Of a stretch of DNA of 64,000 nt, positions 31,433-41,584 are shown in pieces. The notes beneath the pieces were generated by a model. That model saw nothing but the letters and a program-made list of their open reading frames with translations. It had not been told where the DNA came from and did not search any database. Both the position numbers and the translations under genes were made by a program. Each line of letters begins with the position of its first letter. The first letter of the stretch is position 1. Source of the stretch: a virus. The DNA lies in the IMG/VR virus record IMGVR_UViG_3300035670_013168, positions 4,147 to 68,146 of that record, one strand, 5' to 3'.

Positions 31433-31924
31433 TTATCCCGCAGTGTATACTATCGCTTCTATTATACGCTCTCGCTGAGAGAGTGCTGAGACTTTGTAAG
31501 TAATACGCACTCCTACTTTTGCGACATCCTTATTATCTCTTCTATCAACTAGTGGTTCAAATGTGAGAAGCTGCACAAACGGCATGTACTTCTCTGTGGT
31601 TCGTCTAATTCTTCTTACGGCTTCCTCATCAAATCTATCAGTTCCGAGCTCAAATGCCAGCTCAGTTAAATTTGCTCCAAAGTCATAGAGTCCTAGACGC
31701 TCACCATGATTTGTCATGATCATGTTTCGAAAGTTGTCTGCGATGTTGTTGTCGATGTCCGTGTGCATCTTCAGCAGGCCATCGCTTCCTACTCCGAGCT
31801 CAACAGGAACTTTTATTCCAATGGGAATAAGAACTCTGTCAGAAAGTGTCTTTGAGCTACGAGCATCAAAGTCCTCTTTAGACTCTCCAACAGAAGAAAA
31901 GTCGTACTTTTTTCTAATGGCCAT
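31433..31924 (-). CDS. Baseplate wedge subunit, gp25/GPW family
   Basis: NFRNMIMTNHGERLGLYDFGANL...KYMPFV matches gp25 pattern; adjacent to gp6-like gene. Confidence 0.85.
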   Translation of the reverse strand: MAIRKKYDFSSVGESKEDFDARSSKTLSDRVLIPIGIKVPVELGVGSDGLLKMHTDIDNNIADNFRNMIMTNHGERLGLYDFGANLTELAFELGTDRFDEEAVRRIRRTTEKYMPFVQLLTFEPLVDRRDNKDVAKVGVRITYKVSALSQRERIIEAIVYTAG

Positions 31925-31945
31925 TGATGCTAACTTCCTCCTCTC

Positions 31946-31952
31946 TAACTAT
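31946..31952 (-). promoter_or_regulatory. Putative late promoter ATANTTA (ATAGTTA)
   Basis: Precedes GAGGAGG RBS of the gp25-like gene. Confidence 0.55.
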
Positions 31953-31984
31953 GCTCAGAGATGAAGATGACAACTCAGTCTTTT

Positions 31985-32290
31985 TCAGGAGAGGCTTCCA
32001 AAGCCCTCGTGCTTTGCAGATGCAGAACTTGATGTTGCTCCTGAAGCTGTCAATGATCCACTTGTAAACGTGGTGGACACAGATATCCCTGCAGCAATTG
32101 TAGAGACTACTTGTGTGATGTCTACATCTGCAGAGGACACGTACTCGTGTATAGCGGCGGCAAGCATTTTAGCAAATGCACTAATGTTGTCTTCTGGGTT
32201 TGTCCCTTCTTGTGTGCCTCTGTTGGCTGAGTCCTGAACTGCCTGCCTTATGTCTTTTTCAAGTTTTTCTCTGGCGACCTTTAGAGACAT
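31985..32290 (-). CDS. Small baseplate-associated protein
   Basis: Likely ATG 32290 after GGAG; LAAAIHEYV motif and T/G/S-rich end; follows the spike gene. Confidence 0.55.
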   Translation of the reverse strand: MSLKVAREKLEKDIRQAVQDSANRGTQEGTNPEDNISAFAKMLAAAIHEYVSSADVDITQVVSTIAAGISVSTTFTSGSLTASGATSSSASAKHEGFGSLS

Positions 32291-32291
32291 A

Positions 32292-33968
32292 TTACTCTCC
32301 AAATACTCTTGTTGATTGAAGGTTTGTTATCTCCTGCTTTCTCTGCAGTATATCGGTTTGAAGCATTGTTGCACCCTGTGTAATTTGAGGAGACGGCAGT
32401 CCATATCCAGGAGTTGTGTGTGTCAACAGTTTTTGACAAAATTGATCTATGGCATCATACGTCTTTGTTAGAAGCTTCTCAAGTTCAGAATACTTTACAT
32501 AGGGTTCTGAGCCCTTCTCTCCCGGGCCTGCTCCTTGATCAGGCTGTCCTAGATAGATCTTGTTTCCACTTATCTGAACTATTCCTGAGGGCAGCAAATA
32601 TACTGACGCAGCATCATCATTCAACGCTCCCTCTTTGATTATTCGAATTCCTCCGTTAATTGTTCCTCGATCGGTCTCTTTTCTTGCTATGATTCGAATT
32701 TCATCTGACTTCATAACAATGAAAGGACTGTCTACAATGTTCTCTATGTCACCCTCAAACGCGGGATAAATTAGATCACTAGTAACATTAAAATTTGCGT
32801 CTCCATTTGTTCTCATGGAGACGTATATCCTACTAGCGTCTGCTAAAAAGTCAGGATCTCCTTCTTGAGGCCTGTCGAGCCTGTTCCACTCTATAGAGGA
32901 CCTTACTGAGTCATTGACATATACAGCGGCATTCTTATCAACCTCAAGCTTACCTCTCGTGTTCTGAATCACACGCGGCTGCGTGTCCTTTACTGTTCTG
33001 TTGTCCTGCTCAGGCTGTGACTGCTCATAAAATCTTCCTCTTCCGGAAACTATGTCTATGGTCCCACAGAAGTCAGGAATTGGAGTTGTTGCAACATTCG
33101 AAGAGTCGACATCAACATAAGCATTGCTGTTGACAGCGCTGTCAGGCCTATTTGTTGCGCTCCAGCCTCTATCTTGTCCTAGACATATGAGTGTATTGTT
33201 AGACCCCTGCAAAACCAGATCACCTGGTCGCTTTGTGAACCTTGGAACAGGCTCTAGAACAAATGACTGCATTGCAAGAGAGCCTGTGTAGATCTGATCG
33301 AATGGATTTACAGTGGGAGACTCTTCTGATGGTCTTATAGTTGGTGAAGACTCTTCGTCTGTTTCTGCACCGTTAGGATATCCAGGAGGACCGGGGTTCT
33401 TACCTGCATCCTTAACGCCATCAAACGGATTAGTCTCTTCAGCGTCATCATCATCACCTGCCGCACGCACCAATGTGTCAGTCGTGACCTTGTCAAAATA
33501 AAGAGCGTGTCTTCTATCAGCGTGCGTAAAGTTTATATCATCAACAAAGTCTGACTCCGATATGCGACAAAGCCAGTATCCTACTTGTGCGCCTGACTCT
33601 TGCATTATCCACACAGTCTCACCTGGTTTTAGAGGCATTGAGAAATGTGGGGGAAAGAATGGAAAACAGAGTAAATTCTGCGCGGCAGCAGATGCGCCAG
33701 GTGAGCTTGTCATCTGAACGATTATGCTGTTTCTAGGTGCGGTTCGAAGTACAGTTATTCCGCCAAGAACAGAGGATGCTATGCTCTGAAGTTCATCATT
33801 AGAGCGTCTTGAAATGTCTCCTAACACTTCTGTAACTGTCGCTCTAGTAAAGGGTCCTCCTGCACCTGCAGAAGTTGCTCTCATTGAGGCGAGCTCGGAC
33901 CCTATGGTTGCTGTACCAGGACCACCTGCTGCAGTTCTAATCGGATCTATTCTTGCTGACCTAGGCAT
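32292..33968 (-). CDS. Baseplate hub/central spike protein (gp5/VgrG-like)
   Basis: PLKPGETVWI (OB-fold-like), PGDLVLQGSNNTLICLG, SDEIRIIAR, ISGNKIYLG, C-terminal LTHT; upstream of gp25/gp6. Confidence 0.62.
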   Translation of the reverse strand: MPRSARIDPIRTAAGGPGTATIGSELASMRATSAGAGGPFTRATVTEVLGDISRRSNDELQSIASSVLGGITVLRTAPRNSIIVQMTSSPGASAAAQNLLCFPFFPPHFSMPLKPGETVWIMQESGAQVGYWLCRISESDFVDDINFTHADRRHALYFDKVTTDTLVRAAGDDDDAEETNPFDGVKDAGKNPGPPGYPNGAETDEESSPTIRPSEESPTVNPFDQIYTGSLAMQSFVLEPVPRFTKRPGDLVLQGSNNTLICLGQDRGWSATNRPDSAVNSNAYVDVDSSNVATTPIPDFCGTIDIVSGRGRFYEQSQPEQDNRTVKDTQPRVIQNTRGKLEVDKNAAVYVNDSVRSSIEWNRLDRPQEGDPDFLADASRIYVSMRTNGDANFNVTSDLIYPAFEGDIENIVDSPFIVMKSDEIRIIARKETDRGTINGGIRIIKEGALNDDAASVYLLPSGIVQISGNKIYLGQPDQGAGPGEKGSEPYVKYSELEKLLTKTYDAIDQFCQKLLTHTTPGYGLPSPQITQGATMLQTDILQRKQEITNLQSTRVFGE

Positions 33969-34339
33969 TATCCCCTGCTTATGGTGTCAAAGACATCGTC
34001 CGGACTTATTTTCTGATCCTGCTTCTCAGCATCGCTTATCATCTCAGCAAGTCTGAGAATCTGCTCGTTTGACTTGCTCATTCTCTCGAGGTACTTTGTG
34101 AGTGTGGCACCTAGTGACACATGCTCAGCAGTGCCAGCAGACATTCTCGACCAGGCATCTGTGAAGAGCATGGCAGCGTTCTCACGGTCGACCAGGGCAT
34201 TCTCATACACTTCCTTCCACAGGAGCTTCTTCTTCTCCTCTGTGGATGTAAGCTCATCTAGAATGTCAGAGAATGCCTCAAGCTTCTTCTTGAGCTTCTC
34301 TGTGCTGTCCATCACTTTTTCCAGCTTTTCAGTTGACAC
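33968..34339 (-). CDS. Hypothetical helical protein
   Basis: 123 aa ORF coupled to both neighbours. Confidence 0.6.
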   Translation of the reverse strand: MSTEKLEKVMDSTEKLKKKLEAFSDILDELTSTEEKKKLLWKEVYENALVDRENAAMLFTDAWSRMSAGTAEHVSLGATLTKYLERMSKSNEQILRLAEMISDAEKQDQKISPDDVFDTISRG

Positions 34340-35083
34340 TTAGAACATCCCTCCCATGCCACCGTCATCATTCGTGAGACGCTTATAGTGCTTTCGTATT
34401 GAGGACATTGCAACTGATAGCCGCTTAGAGGAAAGTCCTGAAATGTCCCTCACGTATATGAGCACAGCGCGCTTGTTTAGAAAGTCTAGGTCGTCGATCT
34501 TGTCAAAGACTGTAATTATTGCCCTTATGCATGTGAGCTCAGTCTCGCTGGTGACAGACTTTTCAATCTCTCTAAGCATTGACTGTATCTCACTTCGAGC
34601 ATTTCTATTGATCAGCACCTCGTCAGGGGCCGGAGCGACATCATACGACTCTATTGCATGAAGCTGCTCCCTGGTGAGGCTCTCAGGAGCGTCAATAGAT
34701 ATGTGACGCTTATTCTGCTTCTGGTGCTTCCTGGATCGAATAATGAGCCAGTTCTTTGCCACAACGTTAAAGTAAGAGAACGCCTTTGTGCCCTTGTCAG
34801 GGGACCACTTATTGAGCGACTCATACAGGAATGAAACGCAGTCAGACTTTAGCTCCTCAAATGTGTCGTGCTGAGTCTTAAATCCGTAGACCAAGATGAG
34901 ATTTTCAACGAGTGAGTCGAATGCAGGTTGAATTTGCTGCAGGTACAGGGCACGCTTATCGTCATCACACGATGCCACCTGAAACCTTGTTATCGCTTCC
35001 TGTGTGACATCTGTGAAGTACATCGATGTCGATGGTGACTCACCTGGGCGTCGCTTGATTCTCTTCTTAACTCTCTTGATCAT
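34340..35083 (-). CDS. Phage RNA polymerase sigma factor (likely late)
   Basis: EELKSDCVSFLYESLNKWSPDKGTKAFSYFNVVAKNWLI resembles sigma region 2; HISID; likely start MIKRVKK (ORF track extends to 35116). Confidence 0.78.
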   Translation of the reverse strand: MIKRVKKRIKRRPGESPSTSMYFTDVTQEAITRFQVASCDDDKRALYLQQIQPAFDSLVENLILVYGFKTQHDTFEELKSDCVSFLYESLNKWSPDKGTKAFSYFNVVAKNWLIIRSRKHQKQNKRHISIDAPESLTREQLHAIESYDVAPAPDEVLINRNARSEIQSMLREIEKSVTSETELTCIRAIITVFDKIDDLDFLNKRAVLIYVRDISGLSSKRLSVAMSSIRKHYKRLTNDDGGMGGMF

Positions 35084-35384
35084 CAGAGGCCTCTCCGTCC
35101 TCGACCGCCCTGTCATCTATTGAGGCAAAACGATTTGCAATTAGCAAAAGCGTGTCCCTTGTTGCCTTTATGTCGTTGACAACTTGCCTGATTTGAGGAC
35201 TATCGTAGAATATAGGTATCTCGAGCACCTTACTCATTGATCGATACCTCTCATCAAGGGCATCAAGAGACTGCTCAATCGCGTCCTCTATCCTGAGGAT
35301 TATGCGTGCGAACTTGTAGACGTAGTACAAGCTCACTGCGAGGCACAGGAGTAGGAAGACAATTGTGATCAGCGCAAAGGTCAT
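35067..35384 (-). CDS. Small membrane-anchored coiled-coil protein
   Basis: N-terminal hydrophobic helix FALITIVFLLLCLAVSLYYVY. Confidence 0.6.
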   Translation of the reverse strand: MTFALITIVFLLLCLAVSLYYVYKFARIILRIEDAIEQSLDALDERYRSMSKVLEIPIFYDSPQIRQVVNDIKATRDTLLLIANRFASIDDRAVEDGEASDDQES

Positions 35385-35385
35385 A

Positions 35386-36546
35386 TCATATAAAGCTTGC
35401 TAGCTTCTCATCGTACATCTTACAAATGGACGAGAAGCTGTAATCTTTTCTAATTCTCTTTGCAGCCTCTGATGCTCGGTGCTTCGGCATCACTGACTTC
35501 TCATAGAACTTTCTCAGCTTCTTCTTGGCGTCGGCTTCGTGTGGGGCGGCCCACCTTGTGCCCTTCATGAAGATCTTGTTGTCCACCCTGGAGTCGTGAA
35601 TCTCAGACAGCGTGTAGTCTACAGAGACAAAGTCCTCCTTGAGGAAGTCGAGGTGGCCTGACCAACCCGTAGCTATGACTGGCACTCCTGCAGCAGCAGC
35701 CTCTAGCGTTGGAAGCCCATATCCCTCTCCCCTAGTAAGGGAGACAAGGGCCTTGACTGATGGGTGTCGCATGAGTGAAACCATCTCCCTGTCTGACATC
35801 TTGCCGTGAAGAAAATGGACTCTCGGATAGGGAGACTTCCTCGCCTCCTTCACGATCTGTGACACAAAGCGCTCAGTGACAAGCCTATCAATTCTAGTTG
35901 TCTTTCCTGAGTTTGTCTTTAGAATGAGCCCTACATCCTCGTTATTCTTAAACTCCTCAAACATCCACTTGAGAGTGTAGAAGAGGTTCTTCCTGTCATT
36001 CTCCGGGTTGTTTCCTGTGAGCTGTCCGAACAAAAGGAAATTGAATGAGGTGCTGAAATTGTGAGGAAATTCCTCGATATTGTCGTTTAGGATCTCATCG
36101 TAGAATGACTCAGCAATAACAATGATTGGCACTCTTAGTAGGCCTGATGCCTCAAGTGTTCGCTTAGTGTGACTCGATGGGACAACGACAGCGGACATTC
36201 TATTGCATGCCTCGATCCACTCAGGGTTGCACCTGTCTGTCTCAACTGCAGCTGTCACTCCAATGTTGACTCTCGCGACTCGAGGATCCCACTCATTTGG
36301 AAGCTGCACCTGTAGTGAGAGATCAAACACAGAGACATTTTCCATATGACCTGTTCTCATCATTATCTTGCCAATGAGACCTTCCTCCTCGTTGGCGTCA
36401 ATAATCCAAGGTGTGACACCCCACGGAAGTGTCTGAATCTTCACGTCCCAGTCTGGCTTCGAAATTGCCCACCTGGCAACCTGCCTTGCGTGGACTCCAT
36501 AGCCTGAGCTGGTGAGAAATGGCCCTCTAAGTAGTACTCTCTTCAT
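35386..36546 (-). CDS. Glycosyltransferase, GT4-like (GT-B)
   Basis: SGYGVHAR, DRKN, RGEGYGLPTLEAAAAGVPVI (EX7E). Confidence 0.88.
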   Translation of the reverse strand: MKRVLLRGPFLTSSGYGVHARQVARWAISKPDWDVKIQTLPWGVTPWIIDANEEEGLIGKIMMRTGHMENVSVFDLSLQVQLPNEWDPRVARVNIGVTAAVETDRCNPEWIEACNRMSAVVVPSSHTKRTLEASGLLRVPIIVIAESFYDEILNDNIEEFPHNFSTSFNFLLFGQLTGNNPENDRKNLFYTLKWMFEEFKNNEDVGLILKTNSGKTTRIDRLVTERFVSQIVKEARKSPYPRVHFLHGKMSDREMVSLMRHPSVKALVSLTRGEGYGLPTLEAAAAGVPVIATGWSGHLDFLKEDFVSVDYTLSEIHDSRVDNKIFMKGTRWAAPHEADAKKKLRKFYEKSVMPKHRASEAAKRIRKDYSFSSICKMYDEKLASFI

Positions 36547-37793
36547 CAGTGCTCCGTAATTCTCCAGGTGGACTTATTGCTACGCCAATTCTCTGTGAGA
36601 TCAGTTAGCGTAGCGTCCCAGTCGTCTATCGTCTTCTGTAAGCTGAACTCTGAGAGGGCGTAGCTTCTGGCTTTCTGTCCTAGTGCTTCACGCTCATTTG
36701 GGCTCATCTCGTACAGCTTCAGAATTGCATTTGCTGTGGTCTCTGCAGAGCAGTAGTCCTCGTAGATATAAGGCACCTGCTGTGATCCCACCAGGGACTG
36801 CATCTCAACAGGAAGGGCGACGCCGTTCTCAGTTCCATCTCGGTGATCAACCACCTGTCGCGTGAGTCCGCCTGTCTTGAGGGCGACGATTGGCTTGCCG
36901 CACTGCATTGCCTCTAGGGTTGCGAGGCCAAATCCCTCAGCATAGGAGATGTTGATGCATGCGTCTGAGATGTTGTGCAGGACATTCATCTTTGCAAAGT
37001 CAATTCGCTCCGGAGAGAAGACGACTGTATCCTGTATTCCCATCATCTCAGATGTCGCGTAGAGGTTTGGCCCCTCCTGATCGTCCGGCTGTGTGTGCAT
37101 GAGGAGGCACACGTCTTTCTTGCCGTACTTCTCCTGGACCTTTTGCGTGAAGAGCTGCCAGGCCCAGAGGATGTCATTGGGGCGCTTTCTCTTAGCGTTC
37201 CTATTGACCCAGAAGAGGACGAACTGGTCCTTGCGTGGCTCACCTAGCACCTGCACTTTAAGACGCTTCACCTCATCCTTGTTTGGAATTTGGTGGAATA
37301 TCTCCTCTGGAAGAGCGTGAGGAATGAAGTTCGTCTTTCCTGGACACATGTCCTTGACGTAGCTGTAGGTCGCGTGCGAGTGGCAGTTGATCAGGTCAGT
37401 TGAGTCGTATAGGACCTGATTGAACTTTGGAACAGGAAGATTGTCCCACACATGCCAGTATGCAATTGGGCAGATCTGGTGAATCTCGTCCTCCATCTCC
37501 CACACCCAGATGAAGAACCTTGGATCAGTGAACAGAAGGAGGACGTCAGGGCGCTCAACGGCAAGAGTCTGCCTGAGCATATCAGGGGTGCCAAATCCAT
37601 CGACAGGCTTGATGATGAAGTCATCGCTGAGACGAACGACGTCGTAGTTCGTGTGCTTGATGGCTGCACCAAACTGGCGCACCGACCACTTGCCCTTCTT
37701 GATCAGACCGTCTATCAGGTATCTGCTCTGGCAGCCGACTCCGGATGTGGAGAGGGCGTGGTCGGATAGCATTAGGATCTTCTTCTTGGCCAT
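36546..37793 (-). CDS. Glycosyltransferase, GT4-like (GT-B)
   Basis: NRNAKRK, AEGFGLATLEAMQCGKPIV (EX7E). Confidence 0.9.
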   Translation of the reverse strand: MAKKKILMLSDHALSTSGVGCQSRYLIDGLIKKGKWSVRQFGAAIKHTNYDVVRLSDDFIIKPVDGFGTPDMLRQTLAVERPDVLLLFTDPRFFIWVWEMEDEIHQICPIAYWHVWDNLPVPKFNQVLYDSTDLINCHSHATYSYVKDMCPGKTNFIPHALPEEIFHQIPNKDEVKRLKVQVLGEPRKDQFVLFWVNRNAKRKRPNDILWAWQLFTQKVQEKYGKKDVCLLMHTQPDDQEGPNLYATSEMMGIQDTVVFSPERIDFAKMNVLHNISDACINISYAEGFGLATLEAMQCGKPIVALKTGGLTRQVVDHRDGTENGVALPVEMQSLVGSQQVPYIYEDYCSAETTANAILKLYEMSPNEREALGQKARSYALSEFSLQKTIDDWDATLTDLTENWRSNKSTWRITEH

Positions 37794-37858
37794 CTAAACT
37801 CCACTCCTAGGTAACCATGGAAAACTAACTTGGATGTCACAGAAGTAAACGTGGTGTC

Positions 37859-38713
37859 TCAGGGACAGTGCTTTGTGCCCTTGTAGGGACAAAAACCACA
37901 GGAGTCGCGATTCTTCAGGAACATGCCCTTTCGGACTGAGGACACCATACTGCGCACAATCTTGTTTGCCTTCTCGATTGATCCTGGGCCAACTGACACG
38001 GGCACAAGCTCGCAGATCTTGCCTGGTTTCGCGGCGCGCTTGAGGAGAATGAAGCCACAGCGTATGTCCTTGAGGGGTACACCGTGCTTCTTGGCCCAGA
38101 AGTGCTTGTAGAGGATGAGCTGAGCGGTCATTAGAATGTCCTGCTTCTTCTCGCGCTTCCAGCCATATGACTGCGCTGTCTTCCAGTCAATGATCCAGTA
38201 GATGTGTCCATCGCCCTTCTTGTTTGGAACCTTTAGAACACCGTCCACGAATCCCTTGAACTTGACGCCGAGGTCATCGATGTCCTCGTAGAGATCCTCC
38301 TCCGCCTTGAAGATCTCCCATCCTGGAAACTCCTCATCGAGGAATCCTAGGACATCATCCCACATCTCATTGGCCCACTTTGACCACGTCTCAAAAGGAG
38401 CGTGCTTGTACCACCCAGGCTGGCGTGCGATCCACTCAGGGTCGTCAAAGTTGCACTTGTCCCACTCAGACTTGAAAGCAGTTATGAGCTCCTCCCTATT
38501 CACCTGCTTTGTCTCAATGAGCGACTCACATCCGGCGTGGACAGCAGTTCCAAAAGGGAGGAAGGGAGACGGCTCGCCCATCTCAATCTTATCAATGTGC
38601 ATCAGCTTGTGACGGTAGGAGCACTCCTTCCAACACTTCACCTCCGAGAAGGAGATGTGTGGCTTGCCGGTTGGTAGTAGTGGTAGAGATACTTTTTCAG
38701 TCTGTTCTGTCAT
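37859..38713 (-). CDS. PD-(D/E)XK exonuclease, Cas4/AddB-like with Cys cluster
   Basis: HISFS...ECSY, FGTAVH, FKGFVDG, IIDWKT, QLILY, C-terminal CGFCPY...HC. Confidence 0.85.
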   Translation of the reverse strand: MTEQTEKVSLPLLPTGKPHISFSEVKCWKECSYRHKLMHIDKIEMGEPSPFLPFGTAVHAGCESLIETKQVNREELITAFKSEWDKCNFDDPEWIARQPGWYKHAPFETWSKWANEMWDDVLGFLDEEFPGWEIFKAEEDLYEDIDDLGVKFKGFVDGVLKVPNKKGDGHIYWIIDWKTAQSYGWKREKKQDILMTAQLILYKHFWAKKHGVPLKDIRCGFILLKRAAKPGKICELVPVSVGPGSIEKANKIVRSMVSSVRKGMFLKNRDSCGFCPYKGTKHCP

Positions 38714-38719
38714 GTCCTG

Positions 38720-38748
38720 ATTATAGACACGACAGAAGAGATCTTCAA
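38720..38748 (-). promoter_or_regulatory. Putative sigma70-like promoter, near-leaderless transcript
   Basis: TTGAAG-N17-TATAAT, 6 nt before the ATG at 38713. Confidence 0.55.
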
Positions 38749-38755
38749 AATATTC

Positions 38756-39634
38756 TCACTGTTTAAGATCACGGAGGAAGCCAGAAACATAGTCTTCAAG
38801 TCTTATTCTAGGCGACCAACCTGTCTCAGCTGATGTCTTAGAGATGTCTGCCAGCGTCACTCTTGCTTCTCCTGAGCGTGCTGGGATATAGGTTATCTCG
38901 TTGGGATTAAAAAGTTTCGCAAGCTCATTGATGGAGTAATTTCTACCGGTTCCAAGATTGTAGACTTCGCCTCTGTGATCGCCTTGAGAAAGAGTGTATA
39001 GTCCTCGTACGATGTCAGTCACATGTATAAAGTCACGACGTTGCTCGCCGTCTCCTGTGACAGTGAGAGGTGCGGCCGCCTTCTTTTGTCTCTCAAAGAT
39101 TCCGACAACAGTTGCATAGGGTCCTACAATAGGCTGCCTCACACCATACACGTTAAAGAACCTCGATACCGCCGTGTTCATTGAGTAAACGCTCGAGTAC
39201 ATCTCACAGAGCTGTTCACCTGTGTACTTTGCGTACGCGTATGGATTGAGCATTGGGCCTGCATAGGCAGAGCTGCTTCCTGCGTACACAACATTTGCGC
39301 CGAGGCGTCGAGCATACTCTAGAACATTGGCAGTGCCATGAACATTCGTTGAGAGACAAGTAAGAGGATCAGTAAAGCTGGGCTGGATCCTAGAGAACCC
39401 GGCAATATGGAACACAGTGTCGAACTTGCTATCTGCGTACTTGTAAGTGTTGATGTGCTGGATGTCATCAATCCAGTACTCAACACCCTCTCTCATATTG
39501 CTGCGAGATGAGCTCTCTGACGATAGATTGTCCATCACAGTCACTTCGAACTGTTCGCCCTCACTCAGGAGTAGATCTACCATGTGCGAGCCGATAAACC
39601 CTAGTCCGCCTGTTACTAGTACTCTCTTCTTCAT
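38756..39634 (-). CDS. NAD-dependent nucleotide-sugar epimerase/dehydratase (extended SDR)
   Basis: TGGLGFIGSH, SSSAY, YAYAK, FFNVYG, GDGEQRRDFIHV. Confidence 0.92.
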   Translation of the reverse strand: MKKRVLVTGGLGFIGSHMVDLLLSEGEQFEVTVMDNLSSESSSRSNMREGVEYWIDDIQHINTYKYADSKFDTVFHIAGFSRIQPSFTDPLTCLSTNVHGTANVLEYARRLGANVVYAGSSSAYAGPMLNPYAYAKYTGEQLCEMYSSVYSMNTAVSRFFNVYGVRQPIVGPYATVVGIFERQKKAAAPLTVTGDGEQRRDFIHVTDIVRGLYTLSQGDHRGEVYNLGTGRNYSINELAKLFNPNEITYIPARSGEARVTLADISKTSAETGWSPRIRLEDYVSGFLRDLKQ

Positions 39635-40593
39635 GATAATTTCTCCTTCTTCGATGAAACAGCTCTTCCCACTTGACGCTCCCAGTCTCTATCATCGGGG
39701 CCTCTTACCTCGAGATTCTTTCTCCAGGCAGCCTCTAGAACCATAGGATCAACTCCATGCGTCCTGGCCAGACACATCATTGCGTTAATGTCCTTGGGAA
39801 AGCAGTGACCTCCATAACCACGTTTGCCATCAGGACCAGGAACTGCCCAGTGACTTTCTCCTAGACGGAGATCATACTTGGCATACTCAACGACCTTATC
39901 ATAGTCAATATCTAGCCCGGACTTATCTAGTGACTCGCACACCTGTGCCATCTCATTGGCAAAAGCAACCTTGACAGTGAGAAAGTTGTTGGTGATATAC
40001 TTGACCATCTCGGCAGTTGTGGAGGAAGTCTTGATAATTGGTACCTTTGGAAATACAGACTGAAAGACTTGCTTCACTTGATTGATCCACGGGCTCGGAC
40101 CACCTAGGATAATTCTGTTTTGTCCCCGCATATCATTCAGAGCATTTGCTTCTGTCAAGAACTCGGGATTGAAAATGACGTGCAGTCCTTGAGAACAATA
40201 CTTCTTATTCCACGTCTCTGTTGAGCCTGGTGGAATTGTCGACTTCACAACAGCCACCCTCTCACCAGGAACAGATGCTAGTTCAGATAGCACACTTTCA
40301 ACAATTGATAGATCGGATGATCCATCTTCGTACATTGGTGTAGGCACACAGACAAAGTACACCTTCGTAAAGTCACTCATGCTCTCAGCTGCACGTACTA
40401 ATTCAGCAATACTGTCAGGAGTGAAGAAACTATCAGGTCTGTTTGGATTGTCACTTTTTAGCGCAAATATCCTGATTCCTCCTGGAGCCAGTTTCATTGC
40501 CTTGTCATAGACATAAACAGCTGTTCTTCTCTCGGAGAAAACTGTCGTTAGTGAACCACCTACAAATCCCTGACCTATCACTGCAATAGACAT
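39631..40593 (-). CDS. ugd: UDP-glucose/GDP-mannose 6-dehydrogenase family (short form)
   Basis: IGQGFVG, FVCVPTP, KSTIPPG, NPEFL, AEMVKY, GYGGHCFPKD; likely start MSIAVIG (ORF track extends to 40623). Confidence 0.88.
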   Translation of the reverse strand: MSIAVIGQGFVGGSLTTVFSERRTAVYVYDKAMKLAPGGIRIFALKSDNPNRPDSFFTPDSIAELVRAAESMSDFTKVYFVCVPTPMYEDGSSDLSIVESVLSELASVPGERVAVVKSTIPPGSTETWNKKYCSQGLHVIFNPEFLTEANALNDMRGQNRIILGGPSPWINQVKQVFQSVFPKVPIIKTSSTTAEMVKYITNNFLTVKVAFANEMAQVCESLDKSGLDIDYDKVVEYAKYDLRLGESHWAVPGPDGKRGYGGHCFPKDINAMMCLARTHGVDPMVLEAAWRKNLEVRGPDDRDWERQVGRAVSSKKEKLS

Positions 40594-40600
40594 CTCAACC

Positions 40601-41584
40601 TCACAGCTTGAGTGCCAAATCAAAATCTTCTCTATACATCATCTCGACAAGCTGCTCAAAGTTGACCTTTGGCTTCCAGCCTAGCACGCTTCGAGCCTTT
40701 GATGAGTCACCCTCGAGGTGAGGCACCTCATGTGGCCTAAAGAGGCGCGGATTAATTCGAACATGGTCCTCAACCTTGAGACCTGCAATCTCAAATGTCT
40801 TATCGAGAAACTCCTGTACTGTGTGTGTCTCTCCAGTTGCAATTACATAGTCATCAGGAGTTCTCTGCTGAAGCATCAGCCACATCGCCTCAACATAGTC
40901 ACCTGCAAAGCCCCAATCCCTCTTGGCGTCCAGGTTCCCGAGCTCGAGGATGCTCTGGCGCCCCAGCTTGATGTTGGCCGCGGCCATCGTAATCTTGCGG
41001 GTGACGAAGGTCTCACCGCGGAGGGGCGACTCGTGGTTGAACAGGATGCCCGAGGAGGCGTGCATTCCGTAGCCCAGCCGGTAGTTTCTGACGAGACCGT
41101 GCGAGAAGAGCTTGGCACAGGCATAGGGGGAGGCCGGGGTCATTCGGGTCTCCTCGTTCTGGGGTACCTCGGGATTGTCCCCGTACATCTCGGAGGAGCT
41201 TGCCTGGTAGAAACGGGCCCCCTTACCCTTCACATCTCTGAGAAGGCGGATGGCCTCGAGCAGGCGCAGGGTTCCAACCGCCACGGCATCAACCGTCTCC
41301 TCCGGCACCTCGAAGGACACCTTGACGTGCGACTGGGCGCCCAGGTTATAGACCTCGTCAGGCTCGAGCTCGAGGACAAGGCGATTGAGGCCTGGTCCGT
41401 CGTGCAGGTTGCCATAGTGGAGGTGGAAGTTGGGATGGTCAAAAAACTCATTGACCCGGTCCGTGTTGATGAGGGACGTGCGGCGCTTGACGCCGTGAAC
41501 CTCATAGCCCTTATCTAGTAGAAGACGGGTCAGGTAGGCTCCATCCTGCCCTGTCACACCGGTTATCAGAGCCCTCTTGCTCAC
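40601..41584 (-). CDS. gmd: GDP-mannose 4,6-dehydratase
   Basis: [58 protein letters not shown]. Confidence 0.97.
   Translation of the reverse strand: MSKRALITGVTGQDGAYLTRLLLDKGYEVHGVKRRTSLINTDRVNEFFDHPNFHLHYGNLHDGPGLNRLVLELEPDEVYNLGAQSHVKVSFEVPEETVDAVAVGTLRLLEAIRLLRDVKGKGARFYQASSSEMYGDNPEVPQNEETRMTPASPYACAKLFSHGLVRNYRLGYGMHASSGILFNHESPLRGETFVTRKITMAAANIKLGRQSILELGNLDAKRDWGFAGDYVEAMWLMLQQRTPDDYVIATGETHTVQEFLDKTFEIAGLKVEDHVRINPRLFRPHEVPHLEGDSSKARSVLGWKPKVNFEQLVEMMYREDFDLALKL

Noticed and set aside
37859-38713. CRISPR-Cas system suggested by Cas4-like gene
   Set aside because: No repeat-spacer array or other cas genes seen in the window.
40718-41518. 266 aa plus-strand ORF
   Set aside because: Antisense to the GC-rich gmd gene; expected shadow frame.
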